A stretch of DNA of 64,000 nt from Octopus vulgaris (Eukaryota). A program made the position numbers and the translations under genes. The notes beneath the pieces were generated by a model that saw nothing but the letters and a program-made list of their open reading frames with translations, did no database searches and had not been told where the DNA came from. Position 1 is the stretch's first letter. The number at the start of each line of letters is the position of its first letter. This document shows, in pieces, positions 23,684-36,550 of the stretch. The stretch spans positions 123,070,001-123,134,000 of the forward strand of contig OX597820.1 in assembly GCA_951406725.2 (NCBI GenBank). The letters are read 5' to 3'.

Positions 23684-25770
23684 TACTGAACATCTTGTCA
23701 CTCCAAAGATAGAAAGAAACGAAATATTCCAATAATTCGTTACATTTATCACTCTCTTTAAAAAGTCGCTTTTTCATCTTTCTCGTATTTTTCGTTTTCA
23801 CCTTATATTATTCGGCATTTATTTTGAATATTTGAAATATATTTTAAATTTCTTGATTTTCATTTTTATCGTTTAAATATTTTACTCATTTCAACAAATA
23901 TTTTGTATTTTATTTCTTTTTTTTTTATTATTTTTCAGTTCCCTTTAATCATTTCACACTTCCGTTTACTTTTTTCAATTTCATTTCACTTCCGCTGCTT
24001 TCAACTTTTCTTTCTTAATTGTTTTTATTTCTATTTCCTTATTTTTCTAATTAATTTTTAAATCTTTCTTAAGTGTTTTGTTCTTTTTTGCTTCCTCGTT
24101 TCAATCTTTTATTTTTCTTTATTCGTCAAAACATTCCTTCCTGGATTCGCTTTCTCATCATCTTTCCCATCTGTTTCTTTTCTCTGTTTTGTATTTATAT
24201 TTTCCTTCTCTTCACTTTCTTATTCGTACATGTTTTCACTTTCTTCCCCTCTTAACTTTCTCTTAAACTCATTAACATATTAACTTTTAACTTGCTCACA
24301 ACACTTGATATTTTTATCCCTCCTCTCTTACGCAATCCCTTGAGGATATCGCCTTCGCCATATTTTTTTTATCTCTATCACCTTTTCCTTCCCTCTTTTA
24401 TTATTACTAGTTTTCTGATATCTATTTTATTTTTCATTCACTGCATACCTCTGTTGTTTTTCTTCCTTTACTCTGTGTAATTTCCCATGACTGCATTCTT
24501 TTCGTCTGCATTGCTTGCCTCCATAATCAAAAATTATGTCATTCTGTTTCTCATCTCATCCACAGTGTTAGAGCTCTTCGTTTCTTTTTTCGTTTTTTAC
24601 GGTGAGTCAAATATTTCAGCTCTCATTCTCTATTGCGTTTTTTATAATATTTCTTTTCCTCAAAGTTCTAACAAATAAAAAAAAAAGCAAACCAAACAAA
24701 TTCAACTTGGTTGCGTATCACGTGTTCGTGGGTTTTCTTCTATTTCAATGTGCAAGATGACAGAGTCACAGGAGAGGTAAAACAAAAATTGTATGAGCAG
24801 CGAGGGATCTTTTATTATGTAACAGGACTGAAGTCACGAGTTATCGAGATTTCTTGACTGAAGCTTTCATAGAACTTATTTATATTTCCAAATATCTATA
24901 AACAAAAATTTATACGTTTATAAAGATTATTAAAATTAGAATGAAAACTTCGACGTGTTAAGTATTTATGTCACACATAACGTTTACTCTTAATAGAAAA
25001 ACTTACCGTAAAAGCTATATTATTTCACCTGGAATATGGTATGGGGGAACAAGGCTGCGAATGTAAGCCTTAGAATAATATTTAATACTACTTTCAGCCA
25101 AATTAAAAAGAATATAACTAAAAAAGCTCTTTGTTTTTTCTAATTCGTTGATGAATGCGCTGTTCACCATGTATTAATACAAGATTTTGCTTATAAGCAA
25201 ACTGACAAATGTCATATTTGAATGTTCTACAGCAATATTTTCATCACATTAAAGTGATTATTTGAGAGAGCAAGAAGAGAGTTAATTCTGGATGCAGATT
25301 CACTTCGGTTAGAAACGAACCCGTTTCACTCTTATGACAGTATCGTGCTGACCGTCAGCAATCAACATTTTCTTCCACTCTTTCAATGTGATTGCATGCT
25401 ATTGTTATATGTAAGAAAATATTACGTTTGTCATCTATAAATTATGTTCCATCATAAACAAGAGACTGGTATCATGTAGAAGAGAGTTTCGCCTTCGAAG
25501 GTATCTATTTTCGTGCACGTATATACTTAATTCAACTTGGAAAGAGCGAATGTCACATTTTCATTTATCTTGTTTGAAATTATGACGCCATATTTATTGA
25601 TTAATAAGAATTACTGTTCTGCACATTTAAGTTGTGTCCAATTCTATATAAGGATTTGAAAGTATATGTAATCTAATTTAGTGATCCATTAGTGAAATTA
25701 ATATATTTGAATTTAATCCGCTATTGGATTTTAAATATATCATTGGGACCTTAATTTTCATGTCACTTAC

Positions 25771-25883
25771 GCAACCCTTCTTCACGGTGTGTTTTGCAGA
25801 TAGTTCAAATTCACTAGTACCAAATAAGGAAGCCCTCCTTTTAATAGGAAATTGCACATACACTCCCATACACATTTACAGCT
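25771..25883 (-). other. Candidate exon (113 nt) of an unidentified transcript
   Basis: Acceptor CTGTCTTCCCTCATTTTACAG and donor GC|GTAAGT. Open only from an internal ATG (MCMGVYVQFPIKRRASLFGTSEFELSAKHTVKKGC). Confidence 0.3.
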
Positions 25884-26745
25884 CTGTAAAATGAGGGAAG
25901 ACAGTTAAGCGTAGGGAGTAAGATTTAGAGCAAAGTTGGTAACAGCATACAGATTATAAATGATTTTGACTGCAGCCTTTTATCATAGAAATTCAGATTT
26001 CCACAGAATTTATTTTATGAGACATACATAAAACAAAACATATAAATCTGCACGTATACATACATACAAACATAGATACATACTTACATACGTACATACA
26101 TACATACATACATACATACATACATACATACATACATACAGTCAGACAGACAGACAAAATACCCTGTTGATGTTAAAATTCCAATGAGGGAGCCTTGGAT
26201 CTTTTTCTATTAGCTAGCAATCTTGAAATAAATATATAAACGAAATATATGAAATATATAAACGAATATTTTATCGTCTTAAATTAATATATTTCCTGTG
26301 TGGGTTATAAAAGTTGTTATATTTTGGTTCTCTGTAAAGTTTATCGTGTCTTGAATGGCTCCATTATTCCTTTTTGTTCGCTTATTTGAACGCATATTTT
26401 ATATTTTGCTTGTATTTTTACTTACTGCATTTTTACTACGTAATCACTGGTTACCTTCAAGGCAGAAATATTAGTGTTACATCAACGAGTTTGTGAGTCG
26501 TGAAATAACCTGCTCAGATAGTACAACAGTTACTGCAGGGGCATAAAGCTCTTTCATTATGATACATTTTATAACATTAAGTAGACATTTGCTGGAATAA
26601 TATAATATGGCACAATATGTTAAGTAGCATTTAATTCTCTCAAAACTAAGAACAGAAAAATAAAACGAATAACAAAAACATGATTGAAATTTTGAGAAAA
26701 ATCTTCATAGAAACTGAGAAGTTTTTGATAGAAATAAAAATCCGT

Positions 26746-26808
<63 letters not shown>

Positions 26809-26849
26809 GTAATAATAATAATAGTAATAATAATAATAATAATAATAAT

Positions 26850-27340
26850 CATGTACATTGTTTTGTCTTGGTATAAAAGATGGGCTACAGCAAATATTCT
26901 GCTCAATACCACAGATTTGCTTGTCAGTTGTTTGACCTTAACCAGTTGAGCATGTCCCTTATTGGCTGACGATATGTGCATCTCTGATCACGAGCAGAAG
27001 TAGTGGGGGAGCATCATAGCCGTGTGTTGAGAGGGATTCTTTGGGGTTTGAATAATTCACCTCTGGAAACATGGGCGGTTCTTTCAACATCCTTAAACAA
27101 CCCTTATTCAGGGACCTTTTGAGCGGGATGGGCTACTCAACCTGAAGAAAATTCTAACTGGGCCCCACCTGCAAGGTCATGTGCTGTTTATCTTGATATG
27201 AGATCACAATGTCGCGCACATATGGCTGTGATGCATGTGCCTGGTGTACCCTTATCAGACGGGTAGTCATGATGGGTATATTGGGCTTCGTATATTTTAC
27301 CCCAGTGTCACTTTGATGGCATGAACTGCTCTCTCACTCA
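26850..27340. mobile_element. ~490-bp non-coding interspersed element embedded in (AAT)n
   Basis: Complex, GC-richer block with sharp boundaries flanked by (AAT)n on both sides. No ORF, TIR or tRNA head seen. Element status is inferred. Confidence 0.5.
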
Positions 27341-27784
27341 ATAATAATAATAATAAGGATATCATTAATAATAATAATGATAATAATAATGATGATAATA
27401 ATAATAATAATAATAATAATGATAATAATAATAATAATAAGGCGCAATTGGTGGTAACTAACGCTGAGCAATGCTGTAATGCCATGGTTAAGGTATATTT
27501 GTTGCGCAAGATGTTTTATGTGAAATCGTGTGTTGAAACAGATATTGTTGTATTTCGGAAAAGTAACACCAAATATATAGTGCGTGTGTTTTTATTGGCT
27601 AAACTGGCAAAATGACCATTCCGAAATACAACAAGGTTAAAGTAACTATAACGGTATTAATGGCGGAGAGAACATACGTCTCTACCTCTGTCACAATACA
27701 AGGCTCAATACTAATAATTTTAATGTAGCACAAGTATGTCTAACGAAGCAAAAAGGAAAACTAAAACTACACCAAATCGCTTGT

Positions 27785-28460
27785 CATATGGTTAATCTAG
27801 AAGCGCGTCCCCCACGAGAGCCCCAGACTGGGATCGAAAAGTCATCCACTGGCACAAACTCTTCTCAGAATACGAATCTGCATGGTCACTTGAACAGGAA
27901 CTGCCTCAACTCGAACCCTTCAAGTCCACCACCACGTCCACCACTGAAAGAATAATGTAAGAGGATCAAATGGACACGAGAAGAGTATACAGAAGTAATA
28001 TACGCTTATTACTATGCATTAGGCTGACCATCTGAAGCGAAAAACACCGCAAACTCTCATCAAATATGGAGAACACGAAATCATGACAACAGGCTGTATA
28101 CGTACGAAAACAAGTTAGCAAATTTTAGGAGAGATATCATAGAAATAAAAGGCTCACAGTGAAATGACTGCGATCAAGCACGCAGCGGGAAAATGGCCTA
28201 AATATAGGACAACAAAGAAATGAAGGACCAGATGAAGAGAGCAACTCTACATGAGTGTCAATTGAAAGACTGCCATCTGACCAGAACATGCAAACGTCTG
28301 GAGAAATAGTAATGAACCTGATGATGAGAGCGAGAAAAGTGGTAAAGAAAAAATATTTGAAGACTACACATTTACGGAAGAACGTAGTCTATGATAGAAC
28401 TGAAGCAGAAAATCCTCAGTAAGCTTGAAGTTGTAAGACACGCCTATAGGCACTGTAAAG
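27785..28460 (+). pseudogene. Degenerate R4/Dong LINE N-terminal fragment
   Basis: RIKWTREEYTEVIYAYYYALG*P...QIWRTRN....YENKLANFRRDI, typical of an R4/Dong ORF start. Confidence 0.65.
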
Positions 28461-28673
28461 ATCTGTAAAACTTTTCAGAGGTTTATCATTTAAGTAATAT
28501 ATGATCATGTCTGGACATGCAACTATATGCATGAGAGTACAACAAATTAAACAAAACATACAAATCTGCACGTATACATACATACAAACATACACACATA
28601 CTTACATACATATATACATACATACATACATACATACATACATACAAACATACATACATACTTACATACATAT

Positions 28674-28704
<31 letters not shown>

Positions 28705-29179
28705 CATACATACATACATATATACATATATAAATACATACATACATACATACATACATACATACATACATACATACATACATACATACACACATACATA
28801 CAGTCAGACAGACAGACAAAATACCCTGTTGATGTTAAAATTCCAATGAGGGAGCCTTGGATCTTTTTCTATTGGCCAGCAATCTTGAAATAAAACTGTA
28901 TAATGCCATATATACATACAGATATAAATGAGGATATGAAGGAATCACATTTCTGTGATTTAAGGACAGACGTGTCTTGTATTATTTCTATTATTTAAAT
29001 ATGAAGCGCATCTGACAAAAATGAGGTCAATCTGTAAAATTAAATACATTTTTATAAATGAATAGGTAAATAAATAAATAAGACTTCCAAGCTAAATATA
29101 TAGCAGGGGCTGGGGAAGCAAACACCAGTAAAAACTGGAAACATTATGACAACAGGGAACAAAGAAAAGATAGGAAATA

Positions 29180-29989
29180 TTCTTTTCTACTCTAGGCACA
29201 AGACCCGAAATATTTGGTGGGGAGGGGGTTAGTCCATTAGATCTAGCAAAGGCAAAGACGACCTCGGCGGAATTTGAACTCAGAACGTAAAGACAGACGA
29301 AATACTGCTAAGCATTTCGCCCGGCTTGCTAACGATTATCATTTATTGCCCACAAGGGGCTAAATATAGGAAGGATAAACAAGGACAGACAAAGGTATTA
29401 AGTCGATTACATCGAACACAGAGGAGACAAATAAGGACAGACAAATAGATTGAATCGATTATATCGACCTCAGTGCGTAACTGGTACTTAATTTATCGAC
29501 CCCAAACGGATGAAACGCAAAGTCGACCTCGGCCGAATTTGAACTCAGAACGTAACGGCAGACGAAATACCTATTTCATTACTACCCACAAGGGGCTAAA
29601 CACAGAGAGGAGACAATCAAGGACAGACAAACGGATTAAGTCGATTATATGAACCCCAGTGCGTCACTGGTACTTATTTAAACGACCCCGAAAGGATGAA
29701 ACGCAAAGTCGACCTCGCTGGAATTTGAACTCAGAACGTAGCGGCAGACGAAATACCTATTTCTTTATTACCCACCAGGGGCTAAACATAGAGGGGACAA
29801 ACAAGGACAGACATAGGTATTAAGTCGATTACATCGACCCCAGTACGTAACTGGTACTTATTTTAATCGACCCCGGAAGGATGAAAGGCAAAGTCGACCT
29901 CGGTGGAATTTGAACTCAGAATGTAGCGGCATACGAAATACCGCTAAGCATTTCGCCCGGTGTGCTAACGATTCTGCCAGCTCGCCGCC
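29180..29989 (-). mobile_element. Head-to-tail multimer of SINE family B (~180-bp units)
   Basis: One intact head at 29989, followed by repeated headless units rejoined at ...AAAGAAATAGG|TATTTCGTCTGCC. Confidence 0.9.
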
Positions 29990-30442
29990 GTAAAGATAGG
30001 AAATATTAGAAGAGTAAATGTGTGTGACAAGTGATAACAGGAGAAGAACCTGAAAAGTGCAACAATTAAAATGGATAAAAAAAACGGAGATGGAAAGCAA
30101 ACATAAATAAATCAATAGTATAACGTAAACTGAAGATCGAAAAAGAAAATAACCACTAATAATGGAATAGTGTAACAGAATATAAGAGAGCAGCATAAAT
30201 ACGATGATGATACGTAAATGGCCTGGGGCGGGACACGAGTAACATAAATAGCTTATATGTTGGACGACGCGAATGAAGATGAAGAATGTGGAATAGTGTA
30301 CTGAGATTTGATGCAGCAGATATGTGTGTGTGTACGTGTATGTGTGAGTGGTTGTGTGAGAGTGTGTGTGCATACGTTTATACGCACATACACACTCGTA
30401 TACACATGCATATATATACATACATACATATATATATATATA

Positions 30443-30807
30443 CTAGCAGTATCGCCCGGCGTTGCTCGGGTTTGTAAGGGAAATAACTATAAAGCATTTT
30501 TAGAGAGTTATAGCCAAAAAATAGCAAAAAAATGGAAAAAAAATTATGGTAAATTTTTTTGAGAGTTAAAAAGGTCGAGTTGCGTCCCCTAGACCATCTG
30601 TGGTTTGTGTTTCTGATTGTCGACCCCATGTCGAATTTATCGATTTTTTCAGAACTGGGGGAACTTTTCAAAATTTTCGCTGCGTTAGTTTTGAATTATG
30701 ACATTGGGCTATGTGTGTGTCAAGTTTCATCAGAATCGGTTGAAAGCCGTGGTCAGGGTGAGGGTACAACCTAACAGACACACAGACACGCACACAGACA
30801 AACTGCC

Positions 30808-30830
<23 letters not shown>
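30443..30830 (-). mobile_element. Non-autonomous Helitron
   Basis: 3' end: hairpin CCCGAGCAACGCCGGG, 8 nt, then CTAG|T. 5' end: ATATATAAACGGCAGTTTGTCTGTG microsatellite. Confidence 0.8.
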
Positions 30831-30845
<15 letters not shown>

Positions 30846-30852
30846 TATATAT

Positions 30853-31273
30853 TTACTCTTTTACTCTTTTACTTGTTTCGGTCATTTGACTGCGGCCATG
30901 CTGGAGCACCGCCTTTAGTCAAGCAAATCGACCCCGGGACTTATTCTTTGTAAGCCCAGTACTTATTCTATCGGTCTCTTTTGCCGAACCGCTAAGTGAC
31001 GGTGACGTAAACACACCAGCATCGGTTGTCAAGCAATGCTAGGGAGACAAACACAGACACACAAACATATATACATATATATACACACACACGCGCATAT
31101 ATACATATATACGATGGGCTTCTTTCAGTTTCCGTCTACCAAATCCACTCACAAGGCATTGGTCGGCCCGGGGATATAGCAGAAGACACTTGCTCAAGAT
31201 GCCACGCACTGGGACTGAACCCGGAACCATGTGGTTGGTTAGCAAGCTACTTACCATACAGCCACTCCTGCGC
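30853..31273 (-). mobile_element. SINE family A, full length
   Basis: Near-identical to 12315-12732. Confidence 0.92.
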
Positions 31274-32097
31274 CTATATATATATATATACTCATATACA
31301 TATATATATACACATATACATATGAATGTATAGAGAGAAATATCGTAGTAGAGAGAAAGTTCTTGGTACAGAAGTATATATAAAGAAGAATGAGACACCT
31401 ATTCAGTTCTGACAGGTGGGACGATACAAATACATACACATACACACACACATTCGCACATACACACATGCCTACATACACACTCATACACACACACATG
31501 CACATACATATAATATACACATACACATACTAATAAACTTGTGTCTCTTGGTTTTGATACGTGTGGATACGAGAGAGCTTTCCAATTACCAGAAAATACT
31601 AAATAGCAAACCGTCCACGGGGAACCTCCTGACACCTGAAACAAATCGATGCATTAAGGGCGATGGCTATGCCAATCAAACCTGTTAATATGAGTTTATT
31701 GAGAAGGTGACCCTGCTTCTAGGATGCTCCCAAGATCTCACAACTACTTTTATTGTAGCATTAGAAAATACATTTATTCTCATGATAGTTGTTGTTTCTG
31801 TTATGGTAGTTGTTTTAATATTGGTTGTAGTAATTGTTGCTGTATTGTGATAACGGTGCTAGTGTTTGGTGGTATTGATGCTGAGGTATTGATGGCGATA
31901 GTATTGATTGTTGGTTCCGTAGCTTTTAGCTCCATGCTGTAACTGTCAGAACAGTTATGGATCAATGATGTCTCAGTCGTAACATTTTTTTTTGTTTGGC
32001 ACGACGGTATACATGCACCTTCCTATTTTCAAGACAGTAGATCATAGTTTGTAAGAATTTGACTGTCATTTCTTAGAGGTGGAACTACCAGAAAGAT

Positions 32098-32405
32098 TGT
32101 TTTTTGTTTGTTCCTTCTCAAGACGTGCCTGGCCCATAAGGGCCGGTTTCCCGGTTTCTTGGCGTATAGGTTCCCCACCTGGACGGGACGCCGGTCCATC
32201 GCAGGTGAGCTGCAAGATGCAGGAGGAAAGAGTGAGAGAAAGTTGTGGTGAAAGAATCAGCAGAAGCTCGCCATTACCTTCTGCCGGAGCCGTGTGGAGC
32301 TTAGGTGTTTTCGCTCATAAACACACACATCGTCCGGTCTGAGATTCAAACCCGCGATCCCTCGACCGCGAGTCCGCTGCTCTAACCACTAGGCTATGTG
32401 CCTCA
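32098..32405 (-). mobile_element. tRNA-derived SINE family D (shares its head with family C, different 3' half)
   Basis: GAGGCACATAGCCTAGTGGTTAGAGCAGCGGACTCGCGG...GGACCGGCGTCCCGTCCAGG...GAGAAGGAACAAAC. Second copy at 46092. Confidence 0.88.
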
Positions 32406-32815
32406 ACAAGAGAGATTGTTTAAGGATATCCAGTTGGTATACAACTGTTCAAAGGTATACTATTATGAGAAGATAGAAGTGGTTGCTTTGTTAGAAACTC
32501 AACTGATTGTTGTGGTTGATTGGTTGTTGGGAAGGGTGTGGGATTGCGATGATGATCTTGGTCCTTGCTGGGATTGCTGCTGTGGTAGATGTGACGGTGA
32601 TGTTGGGAGTTGTGAGTGTGCCGGGTGTTTCGTGTTGGTGATGGTGAGAGTGGTGGTTGTTATTGTGGCGGTTGTGTTGATGATGCTCGCGTTTGCTATA
32701 ATGATAGTTGTGCTGAGGGGTTGCTAATGATGATTATTGTTGAGAGAGGGTAGCAAGGGTGTTAGTTGGTGCTTTGTTCATTGCGACGATATCTGCTGCT
32801 GTGTTGTAGTCAGGA

Positions 32816-32851
<36 letters not shown>

Positions 32852-33039
32852 ATGGGAATGAGTTGAGGCGATGGTAATGACAACATTGACTGAAATGGTA
32901 TCATTGTGGGTGGTTTGAAAAATGGTTTTAAACAAATCGATACATGGGAAATAAGACAAAGAAATCGTTGAGAAATCAACAATAATTTCATCACTAGAAT
33001 CATGGGACATACACACACACACACACATACATATATTAC

Positions 33040-33315
33040 AGTCTTCGAAGCCTTCAATCTTCAGTCACGAACCGAATCATCCTCACAATTTCGGCTGATT
33101 AATCTTGAGATTGCTCCAATCTGGCCAGCCCCAAGGAAAAACTAAGCATTAGATTCCTTGGAAGAAAGATTCGAATGTATACGAAACAAGGACGGAAAAA
33201 CGGACGATGTTACACGAATATGAATACAAAAATAATACATAAAAACAATAATAATAATATTAATAACAATAACAGGACATCACGAACAGGCGTCTTTCGA
33301 CTAGAACGAATTGAG

Positions 33316-33402
<87 letters not shown>

Positions 33403-34060
33403 CTGCATGCGCTATTTGACAATAAAAAGTAACAATGGTAATGATGATGATGATGATGATGAGTAGCATTGGCAGGGAAAGTGGCAAAAAGTGAGAGGTT
33501 TGAAGGCAGATGTTTTGCTGACAATGTTAGCGACAATCGGATGGAAAAGTATAGAAATATGTGAAAAGAGGTAATACATCGATTGTCGAAATGAAGAATG
33601 GACAAGAGATGAGAGGATGAAAATCAGATACGGGACTGAAACATAGAGTGGCGGTGATAACGATGAAATGATGATAGAGTTAGCATCCTGAAAAGAATTG
33701 TTGACAAACATAAAGGAAGCATTAAGGAAAAACACAACGTAAAAGACACCATTACCGATTAAACGGCGGCGGGGGGTTTGGGGAATGGCAAGAAATTTAA
33801 ACAAATGAGGACAGCTTTCAAGAGTGATTGTTGAATGACATCGAAGGAAGCGAGAAAATATGAGAGAATGGAATCAAAGACAAGTATAAGAGAAGAAAAC
33901 GATTCGAGAGGAAATTGCATTAAAAAGCTTGCAGGCAAAGAAGTCAATTGCGTCACCGTAAAGGAAAGAATACTAACGTTCGACAAATTGTAGGCAAAAG
34001 AAGGGAACTGAAAGGAAATGTGATGGGGGAAAAAAACTATGGCATGGCATTTCTTTCTTT
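33040..34060 (-). mobile_element. Probable decayed Penelope-like 3' region/pLTR
   Basis: 33040-33310 matches 16500-16740. The adjoining purine-rich sequence is decayed. Confidence 0.4.
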
Positions 34061-34116
34061 AATACATATGGGATGGTTACAAGTAGTACAGTAAGAATAT
34101 ATGAACATGCATACGA

Positions 34117-34197
<81 letters not shown>

Positions 34198-34245
34198 TAT
34201 ATATATATGCGTGTGTTTGTGTATGTATATATATGTATACATATG

Positions 34246-34276
<31 letters not shown>

Positions 34277-34282
34277 ATATAA

Positions 34283-34321
<39 letters not shown>

Positions 34322-34324
<3 letters not shown>

Positions 34325-34485
34325 CCTTACACTGCCTTACGATTGACAATCAATCTAAAAAAAACTGTTGTCATGTACCAACCTACCCCCGGTAGGCAAT
34401 ATAGTGTACCAAATATCTATGTGAATGGTAAACGACTTGATGTAGTTGATCAGTTTGTCTACCTGGGAAGCACTATTAATAGAGT
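34322..34485 (+). pseudogene. RTE LINE RT fragment
   Basis: [45 protein letters not shown]. Homologous to 5036-5296. Confidence 0.85.
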
Positions 34486-34970
34486 TGTCCCTTTATGGCA
34501 TTGGTGTAGCTTTTAATGCCAAAAATTGGCACAATTCCTTCCACGATCTTCCAGATATATATTACTGCATACCTGCATACCTCCCCCGCCTTCTCTCCAG
34601 GGAGTAGAGTCTTAGCTGTTTCAACCTTTCCCAGTAGCTGAGCTGTTGCAAAGAAACGATCTTCTTTGTGAATCTTCTCTGGATTGCTTCAAGGTCCGCT
34701 GTTAATTTAACACTGGTGGGTGACCATAGCTGTGAGCAGTAATCCAGGCGGCTGAGGACGAATGTCCACCAGAGGACCATCATGGTTTCCTTATCTCTGG
34801 TTCTGAATGTTCTTAGGATCCACCCAGCCAGTCGTCTGCACTTTGTCGCCATCCTGGTAATGTGCACTTGGAAAGAGGTACCACCATTCATGTCGATACC
34901 CAGGTCCTTCACTGATTTAGGCTCTGGGATTGAAATTCCCTGTGGACCAGTGTACCCTGTAAGTTTCATA
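34486..34970 (-). pseudogene. CR1-clade LINE ORF2 C-terminal fragment
   Basis: VKDLGI...SFQVHI...CRRLAGWILRTFRTRD...SRLDYCSQLWSP...LEAIQRRFTKKI..LSYWERLKQLRLYSLERRR. Confidence 0.9.
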
Positions 34971-34974
34971 TAGC

Positions 34975-35745
34975 GAAGGAGAATTTGAGGGCAGGGTGGA
35001 AGGATTAGACAATTCCGAGAAAGGAGTCTGGTGGTTCGCGGGAGTGTGAGGTGGCACTGATACACTCATCAATATAACGACCGTATAGTTCGGGAGTGGG
35101 GCTAATGAATCCTGCGAATATTTGGGTATCAACGTAGCCAATGAACAGGTTCGGAGAGATGGGGCCCATTCTAATTCCCATGGCCACTCCCGAGTACTGC
35201 TGGTAACCCCCCCCCCACGAACGAGAAGCTGTTGAGGGAAAGAACAAGTTCGGCCAGACGAAGTGTCAGGTTGGGTGTCGGATCGAAGGTCAAGAAAATA
35301 CTAAAGTGTGAAAAGTTGCAGTGGGTGAGAAGGGAAGGAGAACGAGTTAAAGAGACGGAGAGCATGGTTAGTGTCGTGGATTTGGGAGGGGAGGGAAGCC
35401 ACTAGGGGTGGGCATGGAGACGGTCAAGGTATTCCGTGGGGCAGTTACAGGCGGAGACACTGGGGCGGCCAGGGTTGTTGGGTTTGGGGATTTGGGGAAG
35501 GAATTAAATTAAATGTGCGTTGAGTGCGGACAATGAGGTTGGAAAGGTGGGAGGGAGACGGGAGAAGGAGATGGGTCATGGGTGAGGATGAGACAGTCTG
35601 TTGGTTGTTAGGCGTGGAGTTGGAGGGTAGAGGCAATAGACGGAGGTATCTTGAATGTGGCGGGGGTTGGAGTATTTGAAGGGTGGATGAGGGGATTGTG
35701 TCGAGGAGGGAGGGATGGGTGTAGTGGCATCGGGTGAGACAGAAT
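34975..35745 (-). pseudogene. Degenerate Penelope-like RT (same family as the 19-21 kb element)
   Basis: RLAELVLSLNSFSF...YQQYSGVAMGIRMGP..PNLFIGYVDTQIFAGF..PTPELYGRYID. Confidence 0.88.
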
Positions 35746-35798
35746 GAAGGAGTGAGCTTATACATATACACACATATATATAATATAAATATAAATAT

Positions 35799-35848
<50 letters not shown>

Positions 35849-36391
35849 AGAGAGAGAGAAAAAGAGAGAGGAGGAGGAGGAGGAGGGGAAAGAGACAGAA
35901 AGATTGTTTTCTATTAAAACTACAAATTTTGACAGGAGATGCAGCCATTGTCATATTTAGCCTCAACTAACTTTCCTGAACGTCCGATGCGCCTGACTCA
36001 GTGCATTGTATGAAATTGAATTTGCTTTTCATTTAAAAATATAAATAAAATTGTTTTATATATATCTATTAAAATAACTACAGGTATTTTAGTTTTTCAC
36101 GATTTTTTTAAAGAAAGTAACAAGATAAATATAATTTTCCATTTTAATTGTTAATTATTTATGAAAATGAAGCATTAACGTGAAATTTGGAAAGAAAATA
36201 AAGTTGACCTAAAGAAACAGAAAAAAATGCATTGCTATATTTTTGCTCGATTCTCGGCAAAATTATCTTAGAAGCTGAGTCTAACAGACTGAAACGTCAT
36301 TTAGCCTTGATCGAGAAGATATAGGATCAAAGACGTTCCAGCAAAAACACCAAATGTTTTCTCTAAAACTGCTTTAAGAATCAGGACATAC

Positions 36392-36550
36392 TTGAAACTT
36401 GTCCAGCGTGCTTCCACTTTCTTAAGATTGTTTCGTGTAATTAACGAAAGATTTAGTTGCTGTTTCTTGTAGTTTGAGCAATCGAGATACGACATTCTGA
36501 TGGCTTGATCACTTGTCAGTTGTGTTTGGATACTTATGTCTTTTGTCTCA
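36392..36550 (-). CDS. Candidate 159-nt symmetric (phase 2/2) coding exon of an unidentified gene
   Basis: Long polypyrimidine tract then AAG acceptor; donor AA|GTATGT. Single open frame ETKDISIQTQLTSDQAIRMSYLDCSNYKKQQLNLSLITRNNLKKVEARWTSFK. No homology recognised. Confidence 0.35.

Larger units (their letters stand above)
26029..28893 (+). repeat. Direct repeat pair 26029-26232 / 28549-28893 with a variable internal (TACA)n
   Basis: AAACAAAACATA.AAATCTGCACGTATACATACATACAAACAT...(TACA)n...GTCAGACAGACAGACAAAATACCCTGTTGATGTTAAAATTCCAATGAGGGAGCCTTGGATCTTTTTCTATT occurs in both copies. Confidence 0.9.

Noticed and set aside
36270-36300. AGTCTAACAGACTGAAACGTC hammerhead-like half
   Set aside because: No CUGANGA core at the required position.
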